From positions 124,001 through 188,000 of the IMG/VR virus record IMGVR_UViG_3300042305_001773: DNA of 64,000 nucleotides. One strand, written 5' to 3'. Below the pieces are notes generated by a model that ran no database searches, was not told the DNA's origin, and was given only the letters and a program-made list of their open reading frames with translations. The position numbers and the translations under genes are program-made. Below, piece after piece: positions 8,565-17,859 of this stretch (its first letter is position 1; each line of letters starts with the position of its first letter).

Positions 8565-8905
8565 GCGTTTGCCTTTCTGTGCGCTTTGTCTAGCGCGTCA
8601 ATTGCCTTTGTTAGCTCGGGCATCCGTTCATCCTCTTCAAACATTCCGTCGCCTTTTGTGTTGGCTTCGTACACAGTTTCGTCGCCGCAGTCGGGGTAGT
8701 CGGCGCGGAAGTAGCCGTGACGCAAACGCAAGTAGCCCGCTTGTTTGCCGTTATCGTCTAGCACGTCGTACTGTTCTGGGCATGCGACAGATGTTTGTTT
8801 AAGTGTGTAACCGCCGATGCAAAGATCGGGCTCGTCCCAGTTGGGGTCATTCTGCGCCATTTGGGGGCTCCATGCCGCTAGTGATGATGTTGGGAAATTG
8901 CTCAC
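8561..8905 (-). CDS. conserved phage hypothetical protein
   Basis: ACPEQYDV...GYLRLRHG motif seen in phage proteins. Confidence 0.65.
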   Translation of the reverse strand: MSNFPTSSLAAWSPQMAQNDPNWDEPDLCIGGYTLKQTSVACPEQYDVLDDNGKQAGYLRLRHGYFRADYPDCGDETVYEANTKGDGMFEEDERMPELTKAIDALDKAHRKANA

Positions 8906-9110
8906 GAAATTGCTTTTTGGTCCAGAAGATATCTTTATGCCCTTCGGCGGCCAGTTCCATTTCGCACTCCATAGGGTAGTGCCGAAGGACGCTCAATGCC
9001 CGCTGGCGAATTGCTTTCGGGACCTTTGGTGTTTTTTTTGGATCTAATAGGTCGCGCATAAACTCGCGGGCGTATTGTACGGCTCTAAAGCGCTCGTCGG
9101 GCATTGTCAT
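8847..9110 (-). CDS. BPSL0761-like protein
   Basis: MTMPDERFRAV...TPKVPKAIR...LRHYP. Confidence 0.65.
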   Translation of the reverse strand: MTMPDERFRAVQYAREFMRDLLDPKKTPKVPKAIRQRALSVLRHYPMECEMELAAEGHKDIFWTKKQFREQFPNIITSGMEPPNGAE

Positions 9111-9112
9111 TT

Positions 9113-9316
9113 TTAATCTCCTGTTTCGTCGTCGTCTTCTTCTTCGCCGTCTCGGTAGTAGCCCTCGCGTGCGTCGACCAACTCCATAACGCACACCGAA
9201 TGCTCTACGATATTTTGGTCGTCAATCCAATCTTGCGCTTGCGCGTCATCGGCAAACGGGCCGTGAATTGAATATCCCATATCAGGATTACCAATTACGG
9301 CAACATATTGCGTCAT
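9113..9316 (-). CDS. small acidic protein
   Basis: Coupled ORF; GPF motif. Confidence 0.55.
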   Translation of the reverse strand: MTQYVAVIGNPDMGYSIHGPFADDAQAQDWIDDQNIVEHSVCVMELVDAREGYYRDGEEEDDDETGD

Positions 9317-9762
9317 TCGCTCTCCTTTGGCTCGTTTTCAAGTTCATCGCCGCTGCTCTTTTTTATCGGCGTGTATCCGTTCTTTTCAGCCTCAGCCGGC
9401 GACAGCGTGCGCAGCCAGTGTCCCGTCGAGCACAGCTGCCCGCGTTCGCCTGTGACTTCGCAAATCTTGTACGACATAGCTTCTGCCGTGCTGCACACGC
9501 CAGACGTGAACTCGTCTCCGCCGTAACTGTACAAACGCAACCCGCCAAACTTTTCTTTGATTTGGCTGAAACGAAAAGGAGGGCATTCTGGTCTGTATTT
9601 AATGTGATTCTGAATCACACTGCACGCGGTATAGATCAAATCAAACCAACCGTCGGAGCACTCACAGCCGAAACAGATCAGGGTTTCTGTTGGCGGTTTG
9701 TCGTGATCTTTGAACAGATCCGGGAACTCCGCGATAAGCCGCTGTTCAAGTTCGTCTCTCAT
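9313..9762 (-). CDS. conserved phage protein (GWxxLI...QIKEKFGGLRxY family)
   Basis: Widespread phage motif, plus CEVTG...C. Confidence 0.75.
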   Translation of the reverse strand: MRDELEQRLIAEFPDLFKDHDKPPTETLICFGCECSDGWFDLIYTACSVIQNHIKYRPECPPFRFSQIKEKFGGLRLYSYGGDEFTSGVCSTAEAMSYKICEVTGERGQLCSTGHWLRTLSPAEAEKNGYTPIKKSSGDELENEPKESE

Positions 9763-10030
9763 TTTTTCCGTCCTTGGGTTTACGTTTCTTTACCGGTTTT
9801 TCTACCGTTCGTTCAAATTTTCGCAGCAGGTCAGTTACGGCGTCTTGTACGTCAAACGTTTTGCCCAGCTCGTCAAATGCAGATGGTTCGGGTAGGTACG
9901 GGTCTTCTTTGCCTTCTTTAAGCGCGGCGTTGTACTCCCGGATTAGTTCAATTTTGCGCGAGCCGAGCGCAGTGTTAACAACCCGGAGGGCTTCGTAGAC
10001 CAGCTGCGCTTCTTGCGCGGTGAGTTTCAT
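9746..10030 (-). CDS. hypothetical protein
   Basis: Coupled ORF. Confidence 0.55.
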   Translation of the reverse strand: MKLTAQEAQLVYEALRVVNTALGSRKIELIREYNAALKEGKEDPYLPEPSAFDELGKTFDVQDAVTDLLRKFERTVEKPVKKRKPKDGKNERRT

Positions 10031-10031
10031 G

Positions 10032-10556
10032 TTACTCCGCCATTGCTACAACGCGGCGTCGGTTTTTCTTTTCGGTCAACGTTGCCGGTTCAACGTGTTT
10101 GAGTTGTGACCCCGGAATCAGCGCGGCCATGTGGTGCAGAAACGTCTGTTCAAACTCGTCTTTAGTCAGGTCAGAGTAGGTGCCCATGCTACCTTTGTGG
10201 TACACCATCTCGCCGCGGTAGAGCAGCTTGCCTTCCTTGGTCATTCTGCATTTCCACGAGCACAAACAACCAGACCGCCGATTCCACACCTCAAGTCCGA
10301 CTATGACGTCTTCTTTTCTGACGTATTTGCCGCACTTACCGACCGGGATTTCTAGCTCTTCGAGATCCTGATCGTAGTGCGGGACAATGATATCTTTGGC
10401 GCTGTCCCAAACCGCTGGGATACATGTGTCCATAAAAGCCGCGTGCTGCCGGGCGAGCTGGTCGTCTTTCTTTTTTTCTTTAGCTATCAGCTCGTCGCAA
10501 ATTTTTCTTTGCTGAGCCACGATCAAGCCTAAAAGCTCATGGTTTTGTTGTTCCAC
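10032..10556 (-). CDS. hypothetical protein
   Basis: Probable GTG start after GAGG. Confidence 0.55.
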   Translation of the reverse strand: MEQQNHELLGLIVAQQRKICDELIAKEKKKDDQLARQHAAFMDTCIPAVWDSAKDIIVPHYDQDLEELEIPVGKCGKYVRKEDVIVGLEVWNRRSGCLCSWKCRMTKEGKLLYRGEMVYHKGSMGTYSDLTKDEFEQTFLHHMAALIPGSQLKHVEPATLTEKKNRRRVVAMAE

Positions 10557-10806
10557 TTTTGTCCTCAATGACATCCCAGCCAATGTGCCCGAATACTCTT
10601 TTGGTGGCGCGAAAATCGTCACCATTGTCTAGCCCGGGCACTATCAGCACGAGGGTTTTGTTTTTCTTATCAATGCGAAACGTGGTGCCAGATCTGGGTA
10701 TTCCCCACACAGCGTCTTGCGCCGTGACCGCCACGAGATTACGGCACCAGTTCAGTACGGCTTCAGACGGATGATCCAGCTCAAAATTGTCATTGAGCGC
10801 TACCAT
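10537..10806 (-). CDS. hypothetical protein
   Basis: Coupled ORF. Confidence 0.55.
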   Translation of the reverse strand: MVALNDNFELDHPSEAVLNWCRNLVAVTAQDAVWGIPRSGTTFRIDKKNKTLVLIVPGLDNGDDFRATKRVFGHIGWDVIEDKSGTTKP

Positions 10807-11314
10807 CGGGTTTCGTTTCTCCGGCGGTCAAGGGTTCAGTTTTAAAGTAGTTGTTAGCAGCCGCGGCCCTGATATAGTCTCCTACCAAGAGGTCATGCCC
10901 GACTTCAAGTTTGGCAAAGTCGCGCAATAGATCGCCCGGGTATGTCGCGTTGTAGTCCAGCACGTCGGGCCAGCTGGCTGCTTCTTCGGCGTAGTTCTGA
11001 TCAAAGCCCGCCTGTTTGTAGCACTCAATGGCCGTGGCGCGATAAATCGTTTCGGCGTTAATGCCTTTAAACGACGTCGGCGCGTCTGGGCGCTGGTCTT
11101 GTTCCAGTTCTTCGTCCAGTTCTTTGTACTGCAGCTCTGCTAAATCGATCAGCGCCGACGCAACAGCCGGAATAACAATACTTGCTTTTTCAACGGTACC
11201 TTCGTCGGCAAAGCTGGCGGCAAACGCGCGCAGCGCAATTTCACGCAGTTCTTCTGCTTCAATCAGCGTTTTATTTGCGACGATATATCGCAGCTGCAAA
11301 TCGTCTTTGTTCAT
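10790..11314 (-). CDS. hypothetical protein
   Basis: Coupled ORF. Confidence 0.6.
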   Translation of the reverse strand: MNKDDLQLRYIVANKTLIEAEELREIALRAFAASFADEGTVEKASIVIPAVASALIDLAELQYKELDEELEQDQRPDAPTSFKGINAETIYRATAIECYKQAGFDQNYAEEAASWPDVLDYNATYPGDLLRDFAKLEVGHDLLVGDYIRAAAANNYFKTEPLTAGETKPDGSAQ

Positions 11315-11685
11315 ACAGAACTCGCTTCTGGTTTAGGATCAAGGCGCGTGTGCAGCTCGTCGCGCCATACGTACGCCTGAGATCCGCGCCCAAACTTGGT
11401 CGGGCAGTTGATATCAAAATCGCGGATCATGCTGGATAGCGCGTCTAGCCCGTAGATTCCTCGCATCTGGTTGACCGGCTTGCCATCGGGCCCGGAGATG
11501 GTGTATTTCGGATTGCTGAAATCGCTCTCGTAAATCGTGGTGCAGCGATCGACCATCTCTTGCGGTACGCCAATGTCCAAAAAAGCCTGCGGTTCAAATA
11601 TCGTGTGGCCGTCACATATGTCTGCGGCGGCGAGCACAATGTGCGCAGGAATATCGGTCCATTTGATTGTGTGGGCGTCAGTCAT
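11311..11685 (-). CDS. hypothetical protein
   Basis: Start MTDAHT after GAGGAG. Confidence 0.6.
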   Translation of the reverse strand: MTDAHTIKWTDIPAHIVLAAADICDGHTIFEPQAFLDIGVPQEMVDRCTTIYESDFSNPKYTISGPDGKPVNQMRGIYGLDALSSMIRDFDINCPTKFGRGSQAYVWRDELHTRLDPKPEASSV

Positions 11686-11917
11686 CTGTTTGCTCCTCGC
11701 ATACGCTGTCGTAGTTTTGCTCGTCGTCGCTGCTGAGTCCTTCGTATTCGGTAATGCAGCCGCCACACACGAGCCGATTGACCCATCGATGCGCGTCGTC
11801 TATGTCGATCTCTTCACCGCAAGCAGCGCACGGAATAATCGTTTCTTCTAGGTAGGCTAGCAAGTTTTCTTCGTCCTGCAACGCCGCGTCTTCGATCGTG
11901 TCGTGGATAGAGTGCAT
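11678..11917 (-). CDS. small Zn-ribbon protein
   Basis: CAAC...CGGC. Confidence 0.6.
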   Translation of the reverse strand: MHSIHDTIEDAALQDEENLLAYLEETIIPCAACGEEIDIDDAHRWVNRLVCGGCITEYEGLSSDDEQNYDSVCEEQTDD

Positions 11918-11931
11918 GGTTGTTCCCCTAG

Positions 11932-11966
11932 TGCCCGGGCGGTAGTTTTTGGCTACCGCCCGGGCA
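11932..11966. other. perfect 14-bp GC hairpin without a U-tract
   Basis: TGCCCGGGCGGTAG-TTTTTGG-CTACCGCCCGGGCA. Confidence 0.7.
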
Positions 11967-11984
11967 GAGACTTCGGTTTAGATA

Positions 11985-12608
11985 TCAGTCCCAGACGCGG
12001 ATGACGGTGTTGTCCCGTGCAACCGTACGCTGGTAGGTGATCCGATACGTGCCCGGCGGCAGCAGCCAGTCGCCGTGCTCGGGGTGCGCGATCGTGTTGG
12101 CCTTGGTCAGCCTGAGAATTGGGCCGGCAAACGCGAGCATTGCGGTCGCGTCTTGCGCTGTCAGTTTGTTCGTCGTCCCACCGCCTTGCGCCCGACGATC
12201 GGCCCACTCGGCTTCCTGCAGACGCGGCCGCCAGTTCGGCTCAGCCGTGGAGATCCCGCGCATTTCGGCCAGCTGAGTAAACATCTCACGCGAACCAGCC
12301 TCAACCGGGCTGTAAACAGTGACGCCGTCTCCGTGGGCCAGACAGTGCCGGCTGCCCTTAGTGTTGCCCTCGGCAAGCTGGAGCGGGAATACCGGCTGCA
12401 GCGTACGCGTGTAGAGCATCGGCGTCTCCGAAACGTCATCAATCTTCTGAATGTAAATATCGCCCTGTCGAACAGCATCGCCTACGCTAGCCGCCTCGGG
12501 AAACTGCTGCGGGGCGTCGTTCTTAATCTGCTCAACAGCCGCGGCGGCAGCACGAAGCCGCGCCACCGTGGCGTGCGAAACCGGGGCGTCAATAACAGCT
12601 GTACTCAT
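11985..12608 (-). CDS. RQGD/HxEH motif protein (usual partner of DUF6745)
   Basis: RQGDI...LAEG..GSRH...HPEHG..LPPGTYRITYQR; AAGGAG RBS. Confidence 0.7.
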   Translation of the reverse strand: MSTAVIDAPVSHATVARLRAAAAAVEQIKNDAPQQFPEAASVGDAVRQGDIYIQKIDDVSETPMLYTRTLQPVFPLQLAEGNTKGSRHCLAHGDGVTVYSPVEAGSREMFTQLAEMRGISTAEPNWRPRLQEAEWADRRAQGGGTTNKLTAQDATAMLAFAGPILRLTKANTIAHPEHGDWLLPPGTYRITYQRTVARDNTVIRVWD

Positions 12609-12628
12609 GAAAAACTCCTTTGGTTGAT

Positions 12629-14059
12629 TTACGATGCACCAATAACTCGAACCTGATGGGCGGCGTACGGAACACGCGACGTAGTTCCGGCGTCGGCCAT
12701 CCACCGCTGCGCTTCTACGCAGGTGTTAACATCACGCGGCACGCTGATGAAGTAACGCCGCCCCGTAGAGCGGCAGAACAGCACCATTCGATTTTGACCC
12801 GTCCTGTTTTCTTGGCCGTTTGGCGGACCAACCAGCATCTCGGTCGTGTTATCAATATCGTTAACACGGCTGTCGAGCACTGGGCAGTCTGCCTCAGCAA
12901 TAAAGCGATCCCAGCCAAACTTTTCAATAGCGAGGCGGCGCGTTTCCTCGTTACGAATGCGCATGATATGCGCCGTCGACAACCGCTCTGGCTTTGCGAC
13001 AATCGTACGGCCGCCTTCGTTCATAAAGTGCCCGTCGTTAAACCACAGCTTCACGCCGTCGGCCCACTGTACGGCCGGCCCAGTCGTGCTGTGCAGGTTG
13101 TCCGACTCATTCAGCTCGATACGCGGGCGATCGGCAAGAATGATGCACGACGACTGAAACGCGGCAAACGCCGTGCAGTGGTGAAACACTTCGTGTTCCC
13201 ACGTAGTCGTCGGGTCGTCGATCTTCAGGATCTTGCACAGAATTTCGGCGTCGAGGGCCTGCGGCACGCTACCGAGAAACACGCCGTCGTCCGCAATTGA
13301 ATTCGTTGGGTTAACCAACTCATCTATAGCCATGACGCGATTCATTTCGCCAATAGATCCAGCGGTTGAGCTGCTGTCAAAAATGATTTGGCCGCTGATT
13401 TCAGACAGCTTCTTTTCGGTCTTTAATATTTCGTTGTTGCGCATCGTACCGTCCCAGCTACGAAAACTCTCAGTGATCGATTCAAGGCCGATCGTATCGT
13501 TGAGCATGGACCGGAAAAGATTGACGGTAATAGCCAAGTTATTTGTCTTGTACATGACAACGTTTTCTACGTTTTGACCGCGGTTCCGCCACCAGCGACG
13601 ACTCAGGCCAAAAGAGTTCGCGACGAGGTTTTCATTTGTCATGTACTCTGCGCGAATTGCCCGCAACCACGTGCGGGTAAACTCGTTGTTCTGCATGTTG
13701 CTCCACCACCGCCGGCGGTCGCTATTCCATCCGAGCAGCGAGTCTTTGCGTAACGGAATAAGAAACGCGCTGTCAATTTCAAGCTGCTGGCACAACTCTC
13801 GGGCGTATGTCTTGGTCATCCGTCCGCGCACCACCGCCATCGAGATCATGAACGTCACCGGCGACGAGGCAACGTGAAAAGTTACAGGGCTTTTTTTGTG
13901 GCGGTCAGACCGGAACGAGCCTAAACCGCTTGCATAGCCCGCGCGGAGTATGTCCGACGCTTTTGCGACGTTTGGCTGCCCGTTGTGAATAGTCTCAAGC
14001 CAGCGATTGATCGTGTTTTCAACAATGGTTCGAGTTGCTTTGGAGATCTTGGATTTCAT
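12629..14059 (-). CDS. DUF6745-domain protein
   Basis: LHSTTGPAVQWADG...IRNEETRR..IEKFGW...CRSTGRRY. Confidence 0.7.
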   Translation of the reverse strand: MKSKISKATRTIVENTINRWLETIHNGQPNVAKASDILRAGYASGLGSFRSDRHKKSPVTFHVASSPVTFMISMAVVRGRMTKTYARELCQQLEIDSAFLIPLRKDSLLGWNSDRRRWWSNMQNNEFTRTWLRAIRAEYMTNENLVANSFGLSRRWWRNRGQNVENVVMYKTNNLAITVNLFRSMLNDTIGLESITESFRSWDGTMRNNEILKTEKKLSEISGQIIFDSSSTAGSIGEMNRVMAIDELVNPTNSIADDGVFLGSVPQALDAEILCKILKIDDPTTTWEHEVFHHCTAFAAFQSSCIILADRPRIELNESDNLHSTTGPAVQWADGVKLWFNDGHFMNEGGRTIVAKPERLSTAHIMRIRNEETRRLAIEKFGWDRFIAEADCPVLDSRVNDIDNTTEMLVGPPNGQENRTGQNRMVLFCRSTGRRYFISVPRDVNTCVEAQRWMADAGTTSRVPYAAHQVRVIGAS

Positions 14060-14060
14060 G

Positions 14061-14516
14061 TTAGATGGTGGTTGCCATGGTTGGGTCAACAAACCCGCAG
14101 TTCAGCGTGCTGTCTGTCAGCACAATTTCAAATGTTTCAAAGTGATCGCAGTTCTGTACCCAGCTGCGCGGAATATTAATTACTTCGGCAAAGTCATCGC
14201 CGCCGACTAATTCTCGGCTATTGTCGTACCATTCGTCGTCGGTATTTGGGTTGCAGTGTTCGGCGTAAACAACGTGTGAGCCGCTATCAACACCTTCGAT
14301 GTCTCTCGGAATACCGTTGCTCATAAGGTATACGCCGCGATCGTGTACAAATACCAATCCGGGGCCTACTGGCGTACGGTCAGTCGGCGGTTCCAGCCCC
14401 AGCTCCTGAAACTGTTCGTCGGTCATGTTTTCGTGACCCATATCAAATTCAGTCGCGGCGTATGCGTGCTCAATGCAGCGCTTTACTTTCGCGGCTTTAA
14501 ACCGTAACACTGGCAT
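14061..14516 (-). CDS. DUF3085-family protein
   Basis: VHDRGVYLMSN...YAEHCNP...GGDDFAE. Confidence 0.8.
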   Translation of the reverse strand: MPVLRFKAAKVKRCIEHAYAATEFDMGHENMTDEQFQELGLEPPTDRTPVGPGLVFVHDRGVYLMSNGIPRDIEGVDSGSHVVYAEHCNPNTDDEWYDNSRELVGGDDFAEVINIPRSWVQNCDHFETFEIVLTDSTLNCGFVDPTMATTI

Positions 14517-14871
14517 CAGATAGCTCCTTCTCTAAGTTTTTACCTCTCCCAAACATCCACGAATCGCCCTCTTCTGGCTGAATACGGCGCAGCCAATCGG
14601 CAACGCTGGGGATGCGGCCAAGGTCTTCGTTGACGTGCTGCTCGCCGATATACCGTACCGGTACGACGCGTCCGGCAGAATTTGTGATTACTTTTCCAAA
14701 AATTCGTTCTGATAAGAAAATACCTTCGGAGTGGTGCCGCAGCGCGCGGTGGCGAAAGTCTGCCATGTGCGCTTTGGATCCATCAAACCATTCGTGGATA
14801 GCGAGATAATCGTCTACCTCGCCGCCCCACTTGCGCACTGACGACAGCGCGTGGTGATACGGATGTGCCAT
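14497..14871 (-). CDS. DUF6915-family protein
   Basis: MAHPYHHALSSVRKWGG...RHRALRHH...EQHVNEDLG. Confidence 0.8.
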   Translation of the reverse strand: MAHPYHHALSSVRKWGGEVDDYLAIHEWFDGSKAHMADFRHRALRHHSEGIFLSERIFGKVITNSAGRVVPVRYIGEQHVNEDLGRIPSVADWLRRIQPEEGDSWMFGRGKNLEKELSDASVTV

Positions 14872-15032
14872 TATTTAGCGTCGTACTCTTGGAAAATTTG
14901 AATGGTTTTACGTTCAGCCGCTTTCCAGTGATAGCCGCTGCTAATTAACGTCGCATAGTGGCGCTGCATGGCCGGGTCATTGAACCTTATTTTCAATTTT
15001 GTTTTGTGCGGTTTTTGCGCGCTGGTCGCCAT
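14871..15032 (-). CDS. small hypothetical protein
   Basis: Start MATSAQK; coupled. Confidence 0.45.
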   Translation of the reverse strand: MATSAQKPHKTKLKIRFNDPAMQRHYATLISSGYHWKAAERKTIQIFQEYDAK

Positions 15033-15034
15033 AG

Positions 15035-15268
15035 TTATTCCACAACAGTTGCTGACGACCATACGAAACGTTCAAATAACCAAGCCGGCCCGTCGTTCTC
15101 GTCAAAGACGACAAATGGACCCTCGTAACCTTCGGCGGTTGCGGCGTTAATTGCGTCTTCGTAATGTCCGCCGTCGTTATATTCTGGGTCCGCGCACCTG
15201 ACTTTACAGAAGTAAAAATCAGGTTCGCCGGCCGCGTTGTGCGCGGCTACGACGCATTTGATGTCCAT
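15035..15268 (-). CDS. hypothetical protein
   Basis: GAGGAG RBS; coupled. Confidence 0.6.
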   Translation of the reverse strand: MDIKCVVAAHNAAGEPDFYFCKVRCADPEYNDGGHYEDAINAATAEGYEGPFVVFDENDGPAWLFERFVWSSATVVE

Positions 15269-15610
15269 CTATCTCCTCGTTGCTTTTTCGATGGTAGCGA
15301 TCGCGTGGTCGATAACGAGCGTCGTGTCGTTGTCAGACTCGTTATCGGGATACAGCCGCTCGTATAGCGCGATTAGTTCGTCTTTGGTGTTACGCAACGC
15401 GTCAAGTAGTTCTGGCGCCGCAGCAATTAACCGCCCATTTGCGCGATCTTCGTCGGTGATAATTTCAGCGCCGTATCCGTCGTCTGCGTCGGCGTCGAAC
15501 GTGTTGCTTGTCCACGCAATAACGCGGCGCCCGCCGGACGCGACGATTTCTTCGGCTTCGATGTCGTTACCGGAGTCGCCGCCAACTTCCCACGGTCCGG
15601 GTGTGTGCAT
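15269..15610 (-). CDS. phage HTPGPW...ANxRLIAAAPELL family protein
   Basis: Widespread phage motif. Confidence 0.8.
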   Translation of the reverse strand: MHTPGPWEVGGDSGNDIEAEEIVASGGRRVIAWTSNTFDADADDGYGAEIITDEDRANGRLIAAAPELLDALRNTKDELIALYERLYPDNESDNDTTLVIDHAIATIEKATRR

Positions 15611-15612
15611 TG

Positions 15613-15822
15613 CTAGTCTCCTGTGTACAAGTCAAGCACAGAGGTCAGATCGCTGTGCGTAGCTGACCAGTCCATTTTGTCTTCGGCTATTTCAGAAGAA
15701 CGTTCCCAGTCGGCGTCGTCGGGTCTGCCGAACATGTCAGCGCTCCACCAAGCCAGAATGACGCTTTTGACGCCGTTCTTTTTCGCTCGTCTTAGATTGT
15801 CAATCGCCTCGTCAATAGTCAT
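15613..15822 (-). CDS. hypothetical protein
   Basis: Coupled ORF. Confidence 0.55.
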   Translation of the reverse strand: MTIDEAIDNLRRAKKNGVKSVILAWWSADMFGRPDDADWERSSEIAEDKMDWSATHSDLTSVLDLYTGD

Positions 15823-16112
15823 GCTAGCGGTTTCACTGTTGGTTCGGTTGCGCCTTCTGCAAACTCTATGTCTGCTTCGCCGCGCATCACCTGTTTAATG
15901 ATGTTGACGTCGTTGAGCACCCGTTCGATCCACGGCTGCATGCGCAAGATAAGCGGATCATCAGGCGGTCGCTTTGCCTTATACATCAGCATCATCGACA
16001 TACCCACGACCACCATTTCGAGCGGCGGACAATCAGCGGCCCAGTCGGCGGTATACGTGATTGGCGCCATCACCTCTTTAACGTCTTCTTCTGTCCATTT
16101 ATCTGCCGCCAT
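15819..16112 (-). CDS. hypothetical protein
   Basis: Coupled ORF. Confidence 0.55.
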   Translation of the reverse strand: MAADKWTEEDVKEVMAPITYTADWAADCPPLEMVVVGMSMMLMYKAKRPPDDPLILRMQPWIERVLNDVNIIKQVMRGEADIEFAEGATEPTVKPLA

Positions 16113-16559
16113 TTACCACTCTTGCTGGCTGGTGTTGGTCTCGACAATTCGCTCGTTGTGTACGAGCTTGACTTTGCTTTTAATGACGTCAATTGCGATA
16201 TCGCCGTAGCTACCTTCGTTGATCTCCCAGCCGCCGGGAAGTAGTTCAAAAAGCAGTTCGTAGAACTCGTCAAGTTTTTCTGCCGTGATCAACGGGTTTG
16301 GGTTGCTGCCGGTCGGAATTGCGTGCGTGCTTTTGAACTGATCAAAATACATGTAGCGCCCGTTCGTATTCGAATCTACTGCTTCGCTATCGTGCTCTGT
16401 GTACCTGTCTGCGAAACAGAACCGGGTGTCAGACAGGTCGCCAGAGTCGCCGCTGCCGTCGTAGGTTGTTACAACGCGCGTCACACCAATTGCCGCGAGT
16501 AATGGGCACAATGCTTTAAGCTTGTCAGCCGGGGAAAGAATTTTTTGGGTTTTAGCCAT
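16113..16559 (-). CDS. DUF6878-family protein
   Basis: YDGSGDSG...GWEINEGSYG...HNER. Confidence 0.8.
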   Translation of the reverse strand: MAKTQKILSPADKLKALCPLLAAIGVTRVVTTYDGSGDSGDLSDTRFCFADRYTEHDSEAVDSNTNGRYMYFDQFKSTHAIPTGSNPNPLITAEKLDEFYELLFELLPGGWEINEGSYGDIAIDVIKSKVKLVHNERIVETNTSQQEW

Positions 16560-16562
16560 AGC

Positions 16563-17066
16563 TCAGTAGGATGCGTATACAGTGCAGGGTTTTCCGGTCT
16601 GGCGCTCTTTCTCTTCCGCGAGCGTTACAAAATCTCGGAATGATTTAACAACTCGATCTATATGCGCTTCATCTTCGCCGTAAAGTCGTCGCTGGCGCTC
16701 GCGTACAGCCTCTTCGACGGTCATGGGTCTGGTGGTATCGCTCTTGATACCGCCGCCTGACACGACCTCAGCGCCCGTGTCTTGAATCATTCCAACAATC
16801 CTCTGCGCGAGTTGGTGACCTTCTCCAGTCATCGCGGGCTCGGTGACGTGAGTTAGCCGTTCACGCATAATCTCTGCTGGGATCTGCGCGCGGCAATCAT
16901 CCGCCTCGAACGCCTCGCGAACAAGGATACGGGTGGCGTACGGGCCGCCGTGGTAGGCTTCTCGCAGGTACCCAACGTCGCCGGACGTAATAGAGAAGCC
17001 AGTCGCTTGCGCGCTCTTCTCCTCTTCTTCCATCCCGTCCCACTCAAGATAGATATCAATACCCAT
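16563..17066 (-). CDS. hypothetical protein (MGIDIYL... family)
   Basis: Start MGIDIYLEW overlapping the upstream stop. Confidence 0.65.
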   Translation of the reverse strand: MGIDIYLEWDGMEEEEKSAQATGFSITSGDVGYLREAYHGGPYATRILVREAFEADDCRAQIPAEIMRERLTHVTEPAMTGEGHQLAQRIVGMIQDTGAEVVSGGGIKSDTTRPMTVEEAVRERQRRLYGEDEAHIDRVVKSFRDFVTLAEEKERQTGKPCTVYASY

Positions 17067-17296
17067 TACTTGTTTACCTTTTGCCGTTTGAGGGTGTCGA
17101 GCCACGCAGATTTGTCTGTTTCTGAAACGGAAATTGCTGAACTGCGGTTAGCCGGTAGTTTGACAATTTTTTTGTTGTCACATTTGCCGGTGGCGGCGGC
17201 AGTCATGGCAATCAATTCAGCCGATTTTCTATCTGTCGCATTGACAACAAATTGCTGGTTTTCGCTGTCGGTAATATCAATGTGGTAATAGGGCAT
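17066..17296 (-). CDS. hypothetical protein
   Basis: GGAG RBS; coupled. Confidence 0.55.
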   Translation of the reverse strand: MPYYHIDITDSENQQFVVNATDRKSAELIAMTAAATGKCDNKKIVKLPANRSSAISVSETDKSAWLDTLKRQKVNK

Positions 17297-17315
17297 GTGT
17301 GCTCCAGTTAAATGA

Positions 17316-17349
17316 GGAGGGCGCCGGGGCCGAAACCCCGACGCCCTCC
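17316..17349 (-). other. GC-rich RNA hairpin with a UUCG loop
   Basis: Minus strand GGAGGGCGUCGGGG-U-UUCG-G-CCCCGGCGCCCUCC; mismatches become G-U pairs only on the minus strand. Confidence 0.7.
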
Positions 17350-17383
17350 ATGGCGTTTAAAGTCGGTACCTACAGCCGGTAGT

Positions 17384-17713
17384 TCACCGGCAGCAGCGGC
17401 AGCCGCGGCAGCTGCGGCAAGCGCGGACGGCGCGAACCGGAGCGGCTACAACCTGCACCGGGACTTCTACCACGGCGCGGGTCACGGTGCGAGTCTTCTC
17501 GATCGTCCGCCCGAAAAGCCCCTCGCGGCACGAGCTGCGGCACGAGCTTTCCGTGCAGCAGGTGCCGTTGGCGCAAGCCGTGGCGGGGGCAGCGGCGATT
17601 ACGGCCGCGGCCTCCGGGGCCTGCTTCAGCACGCTCTGCGGCTCACCGGCATCGCCAGCGAGAACGACGGACGAAACGAACGCAAGAACAACCGCTGCAA
17701 CACAAGACTTCAT
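17384..17713 (-). CDS. secreted Cys-rich small protein
   Basis: Signal peptide MKSCVAAVVLAFVSSVVLA; CANGTCC and CRSCRGCRCCR; AAGGAG RBS. Confidence 0.7.
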   Translation of the reverse strand: MKSCVAAVVLAFVSSVVLAGDAGEPQSVLKQAPEAAAVIAAAPATACANGTCCTESSCRSSCREGLFGRTIEKTRTVTRAVVEVPVQVVAAPVRAVRACRSCRGCRCCR

Positions 17714-17763
17714 GTCAATCTCCTTGAACTACCGAACAAATACTCCGACACGCGTCGGTGTAA

Positions 17764-17798
17764 CCTGCTCAGCTGTACTATCTGTATAGCTGAGCGGG
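17764..17798. promoter_or_regulatory. imperfect inverted repeat upstream of the secreted-protein gene
   Basis: CCTGCTCAGCTGTAC-TATCT-GTATAGCTGAGCGGG. Confidence 0.45.
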
Positions 17799-17859
17799 AT
17801 TTGATTGCAACCCCAAAAATCAACATAGATTATGGGGAGTTTTGGCAAAATGCGTAACG

